A DNA stretch of 64,000 nt from Octopus sinensis (GCF_006345805.1 NC_043010.1:23250001-23314000), one strand, 5' to 3'. Positions 40,441 to 53,745 are shown, counted from the first letter of the stretch. Notes: generated from the letters alone by a model not told the origin. Numbers and translations: made by a program.

Positions 40441-40616
40441 TTGGGGGTGTTTGTCTTCCCTTCGTAAATATATAAGGACACAGGAAATGTGTCAAGGCCG
40501 ACAGGTAGCGTCGATGCTTCCTAGGGCTAAATAGCGGTGATGTAATGCCCCTCCCCTTACTGTCACGTTAAGTTGACAGTATACAACCACTATATATATA
40601 TCTATATCTATCTATG

Positions 40617-40650
<34 letters not shown>

Positions 40651-40675
40651 CTATCTATCTATCTATCTATCTATC

Positions 40676-40723
<48 letters not shown>

Positions 40724-40724
40724 G

Positions 40725-42056
40725 ATGTCGTCAGCGAAACGGAGGTGGGTGAGGAGCTCGCCATTGATATTGACACCGCCTTGCCAGTCGATGCCTCTGA
40801 TGATCTGCTCGAGAAATGCGGTGAAAAGTTTTGGGGAGATCGTATCTCCTTGCTTCACTCCCTTCTCGACCGACACTCGGACGGGTGATGACAGCAGAGC
40901 TATGTCGGTGGTGCATCCGGAATTTGCCTCCCTACAGCACGATGAACCATATATTTACTCTAACACAACTGCTTGAGCGAGCGAATGAGTACAAGCTGCC
41001 TCTTTGCGTTGCGTTTGTAGACTATGAGAAGGCCTTCGATAGCGTCGAAACCAACGCGGTGCTGAACTCGCTGCAGAAGCAAGGAGTCGAGGCGCAATAT
41101 GTGCAACTGCTAAGGGAGGCAAATTCTGGATGCACCACCGACATAGCTCTGCTGTCATCACCCGTACGAGTGCCGGTCGAGAAGGGAGTGAAGCAAGGAG
41201 ATACGATCTCCCCCAAAACTTTTCACCGCATGTCTCGAGCAGATCATCAGAGGCATCGACTGGCAAGGCGGTGTCAACATCAATGGCGAGCTCCTTACCC
41301 ATGCTCCGTTTCGCTGACGACATTGTACTCATTGCTGAAACCACTGATCTGCTTCAGACCATGCTGATGGAGCTCGACATCAAAAGCTCTGCAGTAGGTC
41401 TCAAGATGAGCCAACAGGTCGAATGGTGATCGGCAATGATGAAATAGAGGAGGTAAAAGAATATGTCTACCTGGGACAGGAAGTGAATATGTGCCGAGAT
41501 ACCGAAAAGGAGATCTCACGGAGAGTAAAGGCCGGATGGAAGGCGTTTAATGGCATAAGGGATATGCTCAAGGGAAGGTTTGACAGGACCACCCGCGCCA
41601 ACCTCATCAACAGTACAGTTCTACCTGCAATGTTATATGGTAGTGAAACATGGGCTACCACAAAGAAAGAAGAGCAGAGACTGGTAACGGCTCAAAAAGC
41701 CATGGAAAGTTCAATGCTTGGTATCTCGTTGAGAGAGCACATCAGTAGCGAGATTATCAGAAAAAAGTCTAGCGTGAGGGATGTCATCGCAGAGTATACA
41801 CGCAGCAAGTTTAGATGGGCTGGACACGTCGCCCGGCTCACAGAAATAATCGGTGGGCCCGCGCAGTTGTCGAGTGGTACCCGGGCGAGCGGAAACGACC
41901 ACCCGGAAGGCCTCCACGACGGTGGAGTTACGATTTCAGGAGGACGATTGGGATCACGTGGATGAGAAATGCGCGATCCAGAGAGTAGTGGACAGCATGC
42001 TGTGACCAGCGGTGTCAAATGGACGCCCGACGGACTGGTCGGTCAAGGTGATCAAG

Positions 42057-42060
<4 letters not shown>
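40725..42060 (+). mobile_element. 5'-truncated RTE-clade LINE with an inverted duplication at its 5' end, in (TA)n
   Basis: Sense from ~40936: FVDYEKAFDSVE, KGVKQGDTISPK, LRFADDIV, YVYLGQ, LYGSETW, RWAGHVAR; 3' end (TCAAGGTGA)2. 40725-40934 is the reverse complement of 41112-41323. Confidence 0.92.
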
Positions 42061-42100
<40 letters not shown>

Positions 42101-42395
42101 CGCGTGTGTGTGAGTGTGTGTGTGTGTATGTGCGTGTGTGACTGTATGCGTGTATGTGTGTGTATGTGTATGCATATGTATATATTACAGAGTGAAAAGG
42201 TGCAAGAATTTTTTTACATGTGGTGAAATAAAATGCAAAATATAAAAAGAAGGAAAAAATAGACCCCAAGACTTATTTTTTGTAAGCCTATTACTTATTC
42301 TATCGTCTCCTTTTGCCGAACCGCTAGTTTACGAGGACGTAAACACGCACACACGCAAACACACACACATACACACACACATACAAATACATGCA

Positions 42396-42451
<56 letters not shown>

Positions 42452-42479
42452 CATATACATACATACATACATATATGCA

Positions 42480-42511
<32 letters not shown>

Positions 42512-42560
42512 CACGCATATATATATATATATAATATATATATATATAGTTAGTTTCAAC

Positions 42561-43103
42561 ACTGGTATCACACGCAGAAGAATCCCTGCAAAGGGTCATC
42601 AACTGCTTTGAGCAGGCATGTAACGACTTTGGCTTAGTTATCAGCCTCAAGAAGACCAACATCATGGGTCAGGCTACATCGGACATCCCAAACACACATA
42701 TTGGAGAACACAGACTACAGGAGGTGGAGAGGTTTACCTACTTTGGCTCTACCATCACCTACAACCTATCCCTTGATTCCGAGCTCAATATACGCATTGG
42801 CAAGGGAGCTGCTGTCATGGCCCAACCCTCCAAATAGCATGGGACAACATTAAGCTGATAAAGACCGCAAAAATGAAGATTTACTAGGCATGGGTACTTA
42901 GCACTCAATTGTATGGCAGTGAGACCTGGACGCCGTACACACGCTAAGAGCGTCACCTAAATATCGTTCACCTGCGCTGCCTCCGAAAAATCCTTGGCAT
43001 CAAATGGCAGAATCGTGTCCCCAAAATATATGTCCTCAAGCAAGCAGGAATACAAAGCATGTTTGCACTCCTCATACGAAGACATGTGAGATGGCTTGGA
43101 CAT
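42561..43103 (+). pseudogene. RTE (BovB-like) LINE RT fragment
   Basis: FGLVISLKKTNIM, FTYFGSTI, RIGKGAA, LYGSETWT, LRCLRKILGIKWQ and RWLGH, with stops and frameshifts. Confidence 0.88.
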
Positions 43104-43164
43104 CCCGAAACAAGAAGGATGCCAACAACAACAACAACAACATTATACATATATATATATATAT

Positions 43165-43530
43165 ATATAAAACAATAAGGGTTTAGCAACAAGTTGCTTG
43201 ACCACATACCGAAAATTTTAGAAATAGCAGCCAAAGGACTGCTATTTCCTTTTGCTACAAAAATATGTCTCCACAGACAACAATATTTGTAACTCACATA
43301 TGGCAAAAAAGAAAAAAGAAAAATAATGAAATCAAACAGTCTTCGGTTAATTATGGACGTACGTTTCTGGATTAGAATCATAAGATTCATTTCCTTCATT
43401 GACATAATATTCCGATAAATAAATCTAGAAATGCTAGGAAAAACTTTCAGCACATCCACATTTATATAGACGAGTGAATTCGTACTTCCCTCCAAAATTC
43501 TACCACCATGTGAGTCACGAAAAATGATTA
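43165..43530 (-). mobile_element. Divergent member of the HHR-element family with a degenerate hammerhead (43351-43407)
   Basis: Shares AGGGTT.AGC...ACCACATACCGAA..TTTTAGAAATAGCA with 2967-3017. Minus strand: UUAUG-UCAAUGA-a-GGA..GAAUC/GAUUC..UCC-a-GAAAC-guac-GUC-CAUAA. Confidence 0.7.
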
Positions 43531-43559
43531 TATATATATATAATATATAATATATTATA

Positions 43560-43595
<36 letters not shown>

Positions 43596-44371
43596 TGTAT
43601 ATATGAGGGGCTTCTTTCAGCTTCCGTCTACCAGATCCACGTAGAAGGCTTTGGTCGACCCGAGGTTATAGCAGAAAACACTTGCCCGAGGTCCTACGCA
43701 CTGGGACTGAACACGGAACCAAGTGGTTGGGAAGCAAACTTTTTACCGCATAGCCACATCTGCGCCAATATTTCTACTTCTGTGTTTATAAACCGGCCAG
43801 TGATCAATTAGCTGTGCACATGTATGCCCCAAACAAAGAATTTTTAAACGCCTACACAGACAGGCACTAGTGTCTTCCGATATGCGATGTGTTGGTATCT
43901 ACGAGGATCAAATGATCTCATATGTTCTTCACATTTTTCGGTGGAGACGATGCATTTGAAAACGATTTAGGTGATATTTTTGGTAAATATATAGGCTTAT
44001 CATTGGCTGGAAATAAGTTTGATATATTTCTTTTTCGCAGCAGCTTAAGTGGTTGAGTATACGTATGTTGAAAGATTTTTCCGCCATAACCATTCTGTAG
44101 GAATATGTTTGCCAAAGTGTTTTTTCATTGTTTGAAAGGAGGATATGGTATAGAGTGAGATTTCAGGCAGATTTGGCTGCTCTTTTGAGCATGTAGCCTA
44201 CTGTTCTTCAAGTAGATAGAAATCTATACATTTGGCGGTGTTGTGTACAAGGTGGAGGGACAGATAGTGTTGAGATAGCAGGAAAGTTTCGAAAAGTTGT
44301 TTCTATGTGCCTGGGTGGGTAGGAGACATACGGCCGGCAAGCATTTCTAGAGCTGAAAGAAAAATATGCAC

Positions 44372-44462
<91 letters not shown>

Positions 44463-44463
44463 T

Positions 44464-44494
<31 letters not shown>

Positions 44495-44623
44495 AATATA
44501 TGTATATACATATATATACATATATATATAGATATATAGATATATATATATATATAGATATACATACATGTATATATATATATATATACATATATATACA
44601 TATACATACATACATATATACAT

Positions 44624-44659
<36 letters not shown>

Positions 44660-45393
44660 TCGTAACAAAGAAATTTTAAAATATGCGCGCAAGATATTCC
44701 TAAAACGATATACTTTCTATAAATGCCAATAGAAGAAAAAAAAACAGACGGTGCATTAAAAAAAAAGAAAAAGATGAAAGTGACATATTGTGTTAAAGAA
44801 ACCGATATAATAATCCTACGAGAATAAGATATGTTCTGGCGTTTGTTTATTAGAGAAAAGATATTTCCTACGAGACAGATGTTTTTGAAAAAACGTGTTG
44901 AAGAGAGAGAAATATTTTATCGAAGAAAGCCTTTCTATATCCCGGCCAATGGATGTCTTTATATATAACGGTCATCTTCTATTATTCTTTTCTTTGACTT
45001 AGTCATTAGACAGTGGCCATGTTGGGGCAGTGCCTTCAAGCGTTTAGTCAAAGAAATCAATGCCAGTATTTATATATATATATATCAATGTGGTAATTAT
45101 TCTTTCCATATGTTTTGCTGAACCGCTACTTTAAGGGCAAGGTAAGCAAATGAACATAGGCTGTTAGGTTGTCAAGAGGTGCAGCCACAAACACGCTCAA
45201 CCATAGAGATATGCATAGACACCCCCATATATATATGAAGGAATGGCTGTGTGGTAAGTAACTTGCTTACAAACCACATAGTCCCAAGTTCAGTTCCATT
45301 GTGTGGCACCTTGGGCAAGTGTCTTCTACTATAGTCTCGGCCTGACCAAAGCCTTGTGAGTGGATTTGGTAAACGGAAACTGAAATAAGCATG

Positions 45394-45439
<46 letters not shown>

Positions 45440-45594
45440 GCAAAATGAGAAAATAGAGGAATATATCTAAATCAATCATCAACCATCAGATAATACCCAA
45501 TCAATACTTTATTAAACCATTACATAATAGCAATGATATTATACATTAATATAGTACAAATATAACAAGACATAGAAATAGAAATAGACATTTA

Positions 45595-45720
45595 CATTGT
45601 AGCTGACAGCTGTTTCGGCCGTGAAGACAGGTATGTCCCATTTAACCTATTAGCCATATAAAGCAGGTATAAATGAGACATTAACAAGAATGTCTCATGG
45701 CCTCTTCAGAGAATTTAATG
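45595..45720 (-). ncRNA. Hammerhead motif near the 3' end of the PLE, with a large stem II insertion
   Basis: CU-CUGAAGA-GGCC-[hairpin AUGAGACAU/AUGUCUCAU...]-GGCC-GAAAC-agcu-GUC-AG, with distal CAUU/AAUG pairing. Confidence 0.8.
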
Positions 45721-46226
45721 CAAGTATGAAAAAAAATTACATATAAATATAAATGTGTGCATACACACTCATATTCCTACATATATATATACATAATAAT
45801 ACAATATAAACAATATATATCAATATACATTAACAAACACAATAATGTTCCATATTGAACTCCACAGTTCTATAACCAACATCAAGGAACTACAACATGT
45901 ACACTCACATTTAAAGCAGGCATATATATTGAACAGTCCAATCTATTAAAATGTGTCATTACACAAAAAGTCAATAAAATTAATATTAATATTAATAATA
46001 ATAATAACAACCACGATTGTACCATCCAAAGCAAGCGGACATCCACATATATACTCAATCAGTCGAATTCCTCTGCCCGCATGGTATTGATTTTCATAGA
46101 TAGATTCGATTGGCTTATAGTTTTAAATTTGAATTACAATGGAAATTTTACGGTTAGTTAGCTAGGAAACATACACACGCGCACGCACATCCACAAATCG
46201 TGCGCACATACATACATAGTTATATG

Positions 46227-46267
<41 letters not shown>

Positions 46268-47299
46268 ACACACAGACATACCCACATACACAACCAAATC
46301 ATAAATGAATAAATAAATAAGAGGTAGTATCTCAACTATACACATGCAAAACAGAGGAACTCAACCGATTGCACATACATGCATGCAGACATCCAGCCAT
46401 CCCGGACGACACCATGGCCGTGGTATTAACTAAGTATTTACAAAAAGATCCACTCACATATGTCCATAAATCAGTAAATGCAAACATAGATATAATTATA
46501 TCCAGATAGAGAGTGTAATTTGTCATAAGGTACATAATTCATATGACACCGTATTTTTCGTAAACATAATATTTTATAACTAAGAATGTCCGCAACTTTG
46601 CCGCTATGTTTTGTTCAGACATTCGCTAAATTATAAAGTATAGAATACCCGTATCTGTTTCTCTATCAAAAGACATAAAAATATATATATACTAATTTAA
46701 CATCGGTTTATAATAATTAAATTATAAGAAATTAATTGTAAAAAGTCAAAATACGCTAATAATCTAAGATATATAATCAAAATAACTCCTTATAGCTTAT
46801 ACAGATAGCATCCCTACGTAACAAATCCAATATTATTACAATACTAATATTTTCCTATTTAAACCCTCACCAACGAACTAATAGAATTACACTCACATCT
46901 ACCTGTCCATATCTATACTCATGTGTAACAACAAACATACACATACACACCATATATTTTCACATATGATGTGCGTGTAAACATTCGTAGTACTTATATA
47001 TATATATTTTTAAGTATTAGTGGACACATAAATACATATATAATAATTAACAGGATTTAGCATTAAATAATATCAGTGGACATATAAATACCTATAAAGC
47101 AATTAACAGGACTTACCAATAAATAGTATATAAGTAAATAACAATAAATTAAATTAATTATAAGTTAATAATTGTAATTACTTAAAATTAAAATGTAATA
47201 AAATAAAATAAGATGAAATAATTAAAATTAAAATGAAAATATAAGTAAAAGCTTGTATACATATATATACATTATTATAATAAATAATGGATATGTATG

Positions 47300-47745
47300 T
47301 ATATATCTACATATAAATAAATAAATAAATGAATAAATAAATAGATAAATACCATAGAATACAAATTAAGATAAATACAAAGGTAAACCTAATATATAGT
47401 ACTGCTAATATTTATATATCCACATATACATAAATGAATAGATAGATAGATAAATAACATAAAATAAAATGAAAAATATACATTGAAATGAGTACATAGA
47501 TAAACTTAGTATACAGGCGACTATTATGTAAATATTTACCTATAGATAAATGAATAAATAAATAGATAAATAACATAAAGTACAAATCAAGATGAGTACA
47601 AATATAGACTAAATATATAAGACTGCTAATATGTATAAAGCCAAATGTAAGTAAGTGAATAGATTTATTAATAAATAACATAAGATACAAATTAAAATGA
47701 GTACAAAGATACACTAAATATACAATATATAAGACTGCCAAATAA
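47300..47745. repeat. Degenerate ~100-bp minisatellite (~4 copies) in the PLE 3' region
   Basis: Recurrent ATAAATAACATAA..TACAAAT.AA.ATGAGTACA...ACTGCTAAT. Confidence 0.65.
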
Positions 47746-48125
47746 ATACCTGCAAAAACCCATATACTCATCCAAAACAAACAATGTACATTCAATATAG
47801 ACTCTCATTTATTACATATTAGTATTACAGTATCTAAAACCAGGTTCCCGAACTGTGATACTCATACACACTTAACAATTTTGGAAATCCCCATGAATAT
47901 CATATTTCTGTGTATATACCAATATATATATATTCATGCCACAGTGTATTTCCCTTATAAACCAGGACAAAAAACAAAAAACAATCAATACAGAACATAT
48001 ATATTTATATATATGTGTAGCTACAAGATTATAAATTTATAAGTTGCATGTTTCAAATTGTAAAGACTACTAGTATAATCAGATATAGAGGAAAGTTTAA
48101 ATATTACTAGTAGAAAAGCTAAGTT

Positions 48126-50226
48126 CTATTTAAATCTAGAGAAAGTGTACGGTAGTTTATGAATGCAAAAAAAATTTTTTTCATTAATATTATTAACAAT
48201 AGGCATACCAGCTTTGATAATGAAAAAAATTTCATTAATACATAGAGAGCATTTTTTATTTTTACTATTATATACAGGTGCAGAAGTTAGTATTTTCCAA
48301 TTTAATTTAAAATCTAAGTTCTTACTTTTGAGTTCCCAAATATACGCACTTAACCCCGTAGAGTACATCCTATTTTTATTTCTAAAAGTATATCTATGAT
48401 AATTAAGTCTCTGTTTCATGCTATTCATAGTTACTCCGATGTATACCCTACTGCTAAATTGTGAATCCACAGTGTATTGATAAACTACCTCTTTCTTGAG
48501 GCATTGATTACCAAACACACATTGATTTCTGTTTCTGAAATTACAGTTATCAACAGGTTGGGGTAATCTAACATTGGCCAAAATTTCTGTAACACTATTC
48601 CCATTAATAGTGTTACAATTATTTTTACTATCCAATCCCAAATTCAACGAGTGATTGGATTTATCCTTATTGGCGATATTCCTATCTATAGTAATAGTAT
48701 TGGTGGTAGTGGTATCATCTAATACATTAATATTTTTCCTTACAGGTACGGTACCATCATAATTTGCAAGAGGGTTGTTCGCGTTAGCTCCAAAAGATAT
48801 ATTGTTCCTACGATTATAGAGAGGCAAATTACTATTATCCAAATTCAACTTTCTATCATTATAGAAGCAATCCAGTTTCCTGTTATTAAATGAAGAGATG
48901 ACGGTGGCTAAATTATGTGTAATGCTATATCCTATTCTAACAGTTCTATTGTTAATTAATTGACCAAATTTATTCCTACCCTTAACAAAGTGCCTAAATA
49001 TTACATTGTGCAAAGCTCTAACTATATCTGTTTTTATCTGCAATGCATATGGGATTATCAGCCATAGTGTATCCTTATCAGTATTAGGGTTGCCTATCAA
49101 ATTGTTATTTTTAGTAAAAACCTTGTTCCTCCTCCATCCCATATGTTTACTATCCTTAACATTGTCATTGTTATGCCTATCATTAACAATATTACCATAA
49201 TTATTGCGTAAATAAACTTTACTATTATCATACATACCATTAGTTTTGATATGCATATTATTAATATTACTACCATCACTTATGTGCGCTAATTTATTTA
49301 AACTAACGTCAACAGCTCCGAGATTACCAACACCTCTATAATTATCATATGTGTTTTTATATATCCTATTTCTCCTTGTCCTACAGTTATTATTGTTTGT
49401 CCTAAATTTATTGGTGTTGTTCCTAATAGTTCCACCTGTATTTGAAGGTTTATCCTTGGGTATATACCATATTTTACTTTTGTAGCCTGCTTTCAGCAAT
49501 GCTGTATTATATCTATCACAATGCTTATTAAAAATGTCCCCGTTTGAGGATAGATAAGAGCTTCTCTGACTAATGCTACGCACTAGTGATCTTTTAATTT
49601 GAGGGGGGTGATTGCTAGAACGGTTTATATATACTAAGTTAGAATTGGGTTTAATATAAGGTTCATGTATCCCATTAGTAAGGTTGCAATTGACATCCAA
49701 ATAATTGGCAGAATAGTTTTCATTTTCAATAATTATGGATAGGCCAAAACTTTTTAAAAATTTATGTAGTCTTTTTTTCAGTAGATCCAGTCTCCTATTT
49801 GATGTATTATTTACCAAAAATAAAGCATCATCCCTATATAGTCCTCCTTTTAATTCAGGGAATTCCCTACTAAGGTTATCGAGTAAATACATCCCAACCA
49901 GATCAGTCACTTCCGCTGAATCCGGCGATCCCATGGTGACGTCGAATAAATTGTGTGTGTCTTTTCTAGCCCAAAGTTTGTTATCAAACTCTATTAATGT
50001 TTTTCTAGCTGTTAAGATAACCCTAATCTCCCCCATACTTAATTTGGTGTGTCTCCTAGCAAAAATTAAAGCCGTATTTAATATAATAGGGTTTATGGAT
50101 GTGTAGTAATTTTGTATATCAAATTGGATGAATTTACTTCTATTATTATCACTGACCTTAATGGCAGAAAAGCAATCGAGTGCACATTGAGTATTTTTCC
50201 AAAGGCTAAGTTTAATTTTGTTACGT
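48126..50226 (-). CDS. Penelope-like RT + C-terminal GIY-YIG endonuclease (N-terminally truncated, frame open for ~700 aa)
   Basis: QFDIQNYYTSI, FDVTMGSPDSAEV, GLYRDD, NYLDV, SNHPP, VVYQ...YIGVT...KQR...H, LSAYIWELK and CSLCINE. The listed start at 50252 lies in SINE sequence. Confidence 0.92.
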
Positions 50227-50452
50227 GTCTGTGCTTGTCCGCCCACCGTCACTTGACAACCGATGTTACATCCCCATAACTTAGAAGTTCGGTGAAAGAG
50301 ACTGAGAGAATAAGCACTAGGCTTACAAAGAATAAATCCTGAGGTCGATTTGTTCGACTAAAAGGCAGTGCTCCAGCATGGATGCAGTCAACTGACTGAA
50401 ACATAAAAAAATAATAAAAGAATATATATACATATACACGTATATATATGCA

Positions 50453-50540
<88 letters not shown>

Positions 50541-51614
50541 TGTATGTATGTATGTATGTATGTATGAATAATCAAAATGGAAGAGGGAAACGGTTAATGG
50601 GAAATAACAAAGGTCAAATTAACAAAGTGTTTGAACTTATTCTGTCAAACACTTTTTGCTGATTCGCTAAGTTACAGCAACCCCAAAAGACAACACCGGT
50701 TGCCCAGCGGTGTCGGGTGTGACAAATAGAAACATGGTATCACACACACACACAACACACATAGGTGCATACATATACATATATACGCACACACATATAT
50801 ATAAAAATATACACACGCGCACACACGACGAACTTCTTTCGATTTCTGCCACCAAATCCACCCATAAGTCATGGGCCAACCAGGACCTATAATAGACGTC
50901 TCTTGCCCAAAGTGCCTCGCAGTTGGAGTGGGGAGAATATATCTCTTAATTACAAAGTCGCACCTGTGCCATTACATATACGCATATATTATACACATAC
51001 ATATCGTACATAGTAACGATTACACATCATTTATGGTAACACATTGCGCATGGCTACATACATATGTGTGTGTGTGTGTACATGCATACATATTTTGAGT
51101 GTTTTTTTAGATATTTCTTTTCTAATTAAAATTTTTAAATTTGAACAAAGAAATACGGTTAATGGAATCAACATTATCAATACAATTTCTCAACATTTAA
51201 CCAAAAGAGATTCTTCAAAACGAGTCTGTAAATGCTATACACATGAAGTTGCGGGGCTGGGACGGGATGAAGACGGAGACATACACATCTCGACTGCTTG
51301 TGTCGAAGCCCCAAAGATAAATTAAACGGTTCAAAGTTATGGTAGCACTATAAATGACTATTAATGAAAGATTTTGCCACCTACCTTGCTTTGAAATATC
51401 TCATATGGCCTTCGGGCCCTCGACGCACTCGCTTCAAGGGACTATTCGCCCGTCTATGTCTAGCTTCTTCCGATACCAGTTCCCTTTTCACTTTGAAAAA
51501 GATCATTTGATCAAAAGTTCAGAGAAAATATACGCCGAAACTGTTTTGTTAATCTCAATGTTTTTGTCTTCTAAATCCGTTCTAAGTTTAATACCTCTAT
51601 GTGTGTACCATTGC

Positions 51615-51656
51615 ATCTATCTATCTATATCTATCTATCTGTCTATCTATCTATCA

Positions 51657-51712
<56 letters not shown>

Positions 51713-51816
51713 GTCAGTCTGTCTGTCTGACTGTCTGTCTGTCTGTCTGTCTATCAATCTATCTATCTAGCAAGCTAGCTATCCATCTATCGATCGATCG
51801 AGCTATCTATCTATCG

Positions 51817-51898
<82 letters not shown>

Positions 51899-51899
51899 C

Positions 51900-51964
<65 letters not shown>

Positions 51965-52035
51965 GTAACTATCTATCTATTCATCTATCCATCTATCTAT
52001 CTATGTATTTATTTATTTATCTATTTTTCTGTCTG

Positions 52036-52109
<74 letters not shown>

Positions 52110-52275
52110 AATTTATCTAGCTATCTACCTATCTGTCTGTCTGTCTGTCTGTCTGTGTGTCTGTCTGTCTATCTATCTATCTATTTATCTATCAACCTGT
52201 CTTTCTATCTGTATTTCTATCTATCTATCAATATATCTATCTATCCGTCTATCTATCCATCCATCTATCTATCTA
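51615..52275. repeat. (TCTA)n/(TCTG)n microsatellite
   Basis: Read directly. Confidence 0.95.
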
Positions 52276-52643
52276 TGAAATGTATGCATATAGTTCCACA
52301 CACATAGATACTGAGGTCCATGTATGCATACATATCGACTAGGCATTTAGTGGGTCTGAACTCGAGACAGTACTCAATGCGTTGTAGATGAAAAATCGAT
52401 ACTTCTTTTAATAAGCAGGCGATGCCTAACAACTGTACAAGTTTTGTTTCATTGTATTCCTTCAAAGGCCAGTTTCTTTGAAGAATTACAAGAATGTTTT
52501 GAAACAGTTGTGCAGTTACAAAGCTTCACCTGCTTAACCAAAAATTATACACTTTTTGTCGATTTTGCTTTTGTCGAATTTTGGCAACGCAAACCAACAC
52601 CAGTATCTCTGTAGTTTGTTTGATCGTGGGTGTATATATATAT

Positions 52644-52690
<47 letters not shown>

Positions 52691-52777
52691 ATATGTATAT
52701 ATATATGTATATATATATATATGTATATATATATGTATATATATATGTATGTATATATATATGTATATATTCATGTG

Positions 52778-52808
<31 letters not shown>

Positions 52809-52919
52809 ATATGTATATTATATATATATATGCATAAACATACATACACGTATATATATATACATAAATATATACACACACATATAGATATATGTTTATA
52901 TGCATACATATATTTATAC

Positions 52920-52951
<32 letters not shown>

Positions 52952-52958
52952 TCATGTG

Positions 52959-52995
<37 letters not shown>

Positions 52996-53279
52996 AGGAT
53001 ACACGGTATTGACTAGATTATCGAACGTCGCTCGTCACAGTGCGCTTTACACCACCTTGGCCTTCGAATAACGTCCCACTTTCCGATCATAAGACTCTTC
53101 CGTAGCAGGATGTACCCGTTTTACAGCTGAGTGGACTGCAGCACCGTGAATTGAAGTGTTTTACTCAAGAACAGAACACGTCACCCGGTTCGGGAATCGA
53201 ACACACGTTCTAGCAAGGAGTGCATGTCAAATGTGATAGAAGAGCGGTCTGTGTATTCAAAAGAGCTGAATGATATTCT

Positions 53280-53477
53280 TTTCTACTCTAGGCATAAGGC
53301 CCGAAATTTTTTTTGGAGGGGTGCCAGTCGATAAGATCTACCCCAGTACGCAACTAGTACTTAATTTATCGATTCCGAAAGGATGAAAGCTAAAGTCGAC
53401 CTTGGCGGAATTTGAACTCAGAACGTAAAGACAGACGAAATACCGCTAAGTATTTCGCCCTGCCAGCTTGCCGCCTT
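53280..53477 (-). mobile_element. SINE family A
   Basis: GGCGGAATTTGAACTCAGAACGTAAAGACAGACGAAATACCGCTAAG on the + strand. Confidence 0.8.
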
Positions 53478-53492
53478 AGAGCTTAATGATAT

Positions 53493-53745
53493 TAGTATAG
53501 TCTATTATCACAGTTCGGGGGCATCTTAGGTTTCAAAATGCATATTTGTGACAGCCGTTTAATGTCTATGGTACTCCTGTATCTCTCATCGCCTTCTTAT
53601 TTGACTCTGAGACCATACGAAACCATAAAAATCTTACGGCGCTGAGACCATAAGTGACCTTAAGAAACATAGACATTAATTCGTTGTTTTCAAATATGGA
53701 TTTTGAAATCTAAGGTACCGCGAACTGTGACGGTCAACTATACTA
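53493..53745. mobile_element. MITE-like element with ~78-bp imperfect TIRs
   Basis: TAGTATAGT...TCACAGTTCG...TTAATGTCTATG / CATAGACATTAA...CGAACTGTGA...ACTATACTA. Confidence 0.75.

Larger units (their letters stand above)
45441..50226 (-). mobile_element. 5'-truncated Penelope-like element (~4.8 kb) inserted into the internal microsatellite of a SINE B copy
   Basis: A SINE B head (45238-45395, +) and tail (50227-50415, +) bracket an RT/GIY-YIG ORF, a long AT-rich 3' region and an HHR. Confidence 0.85.
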
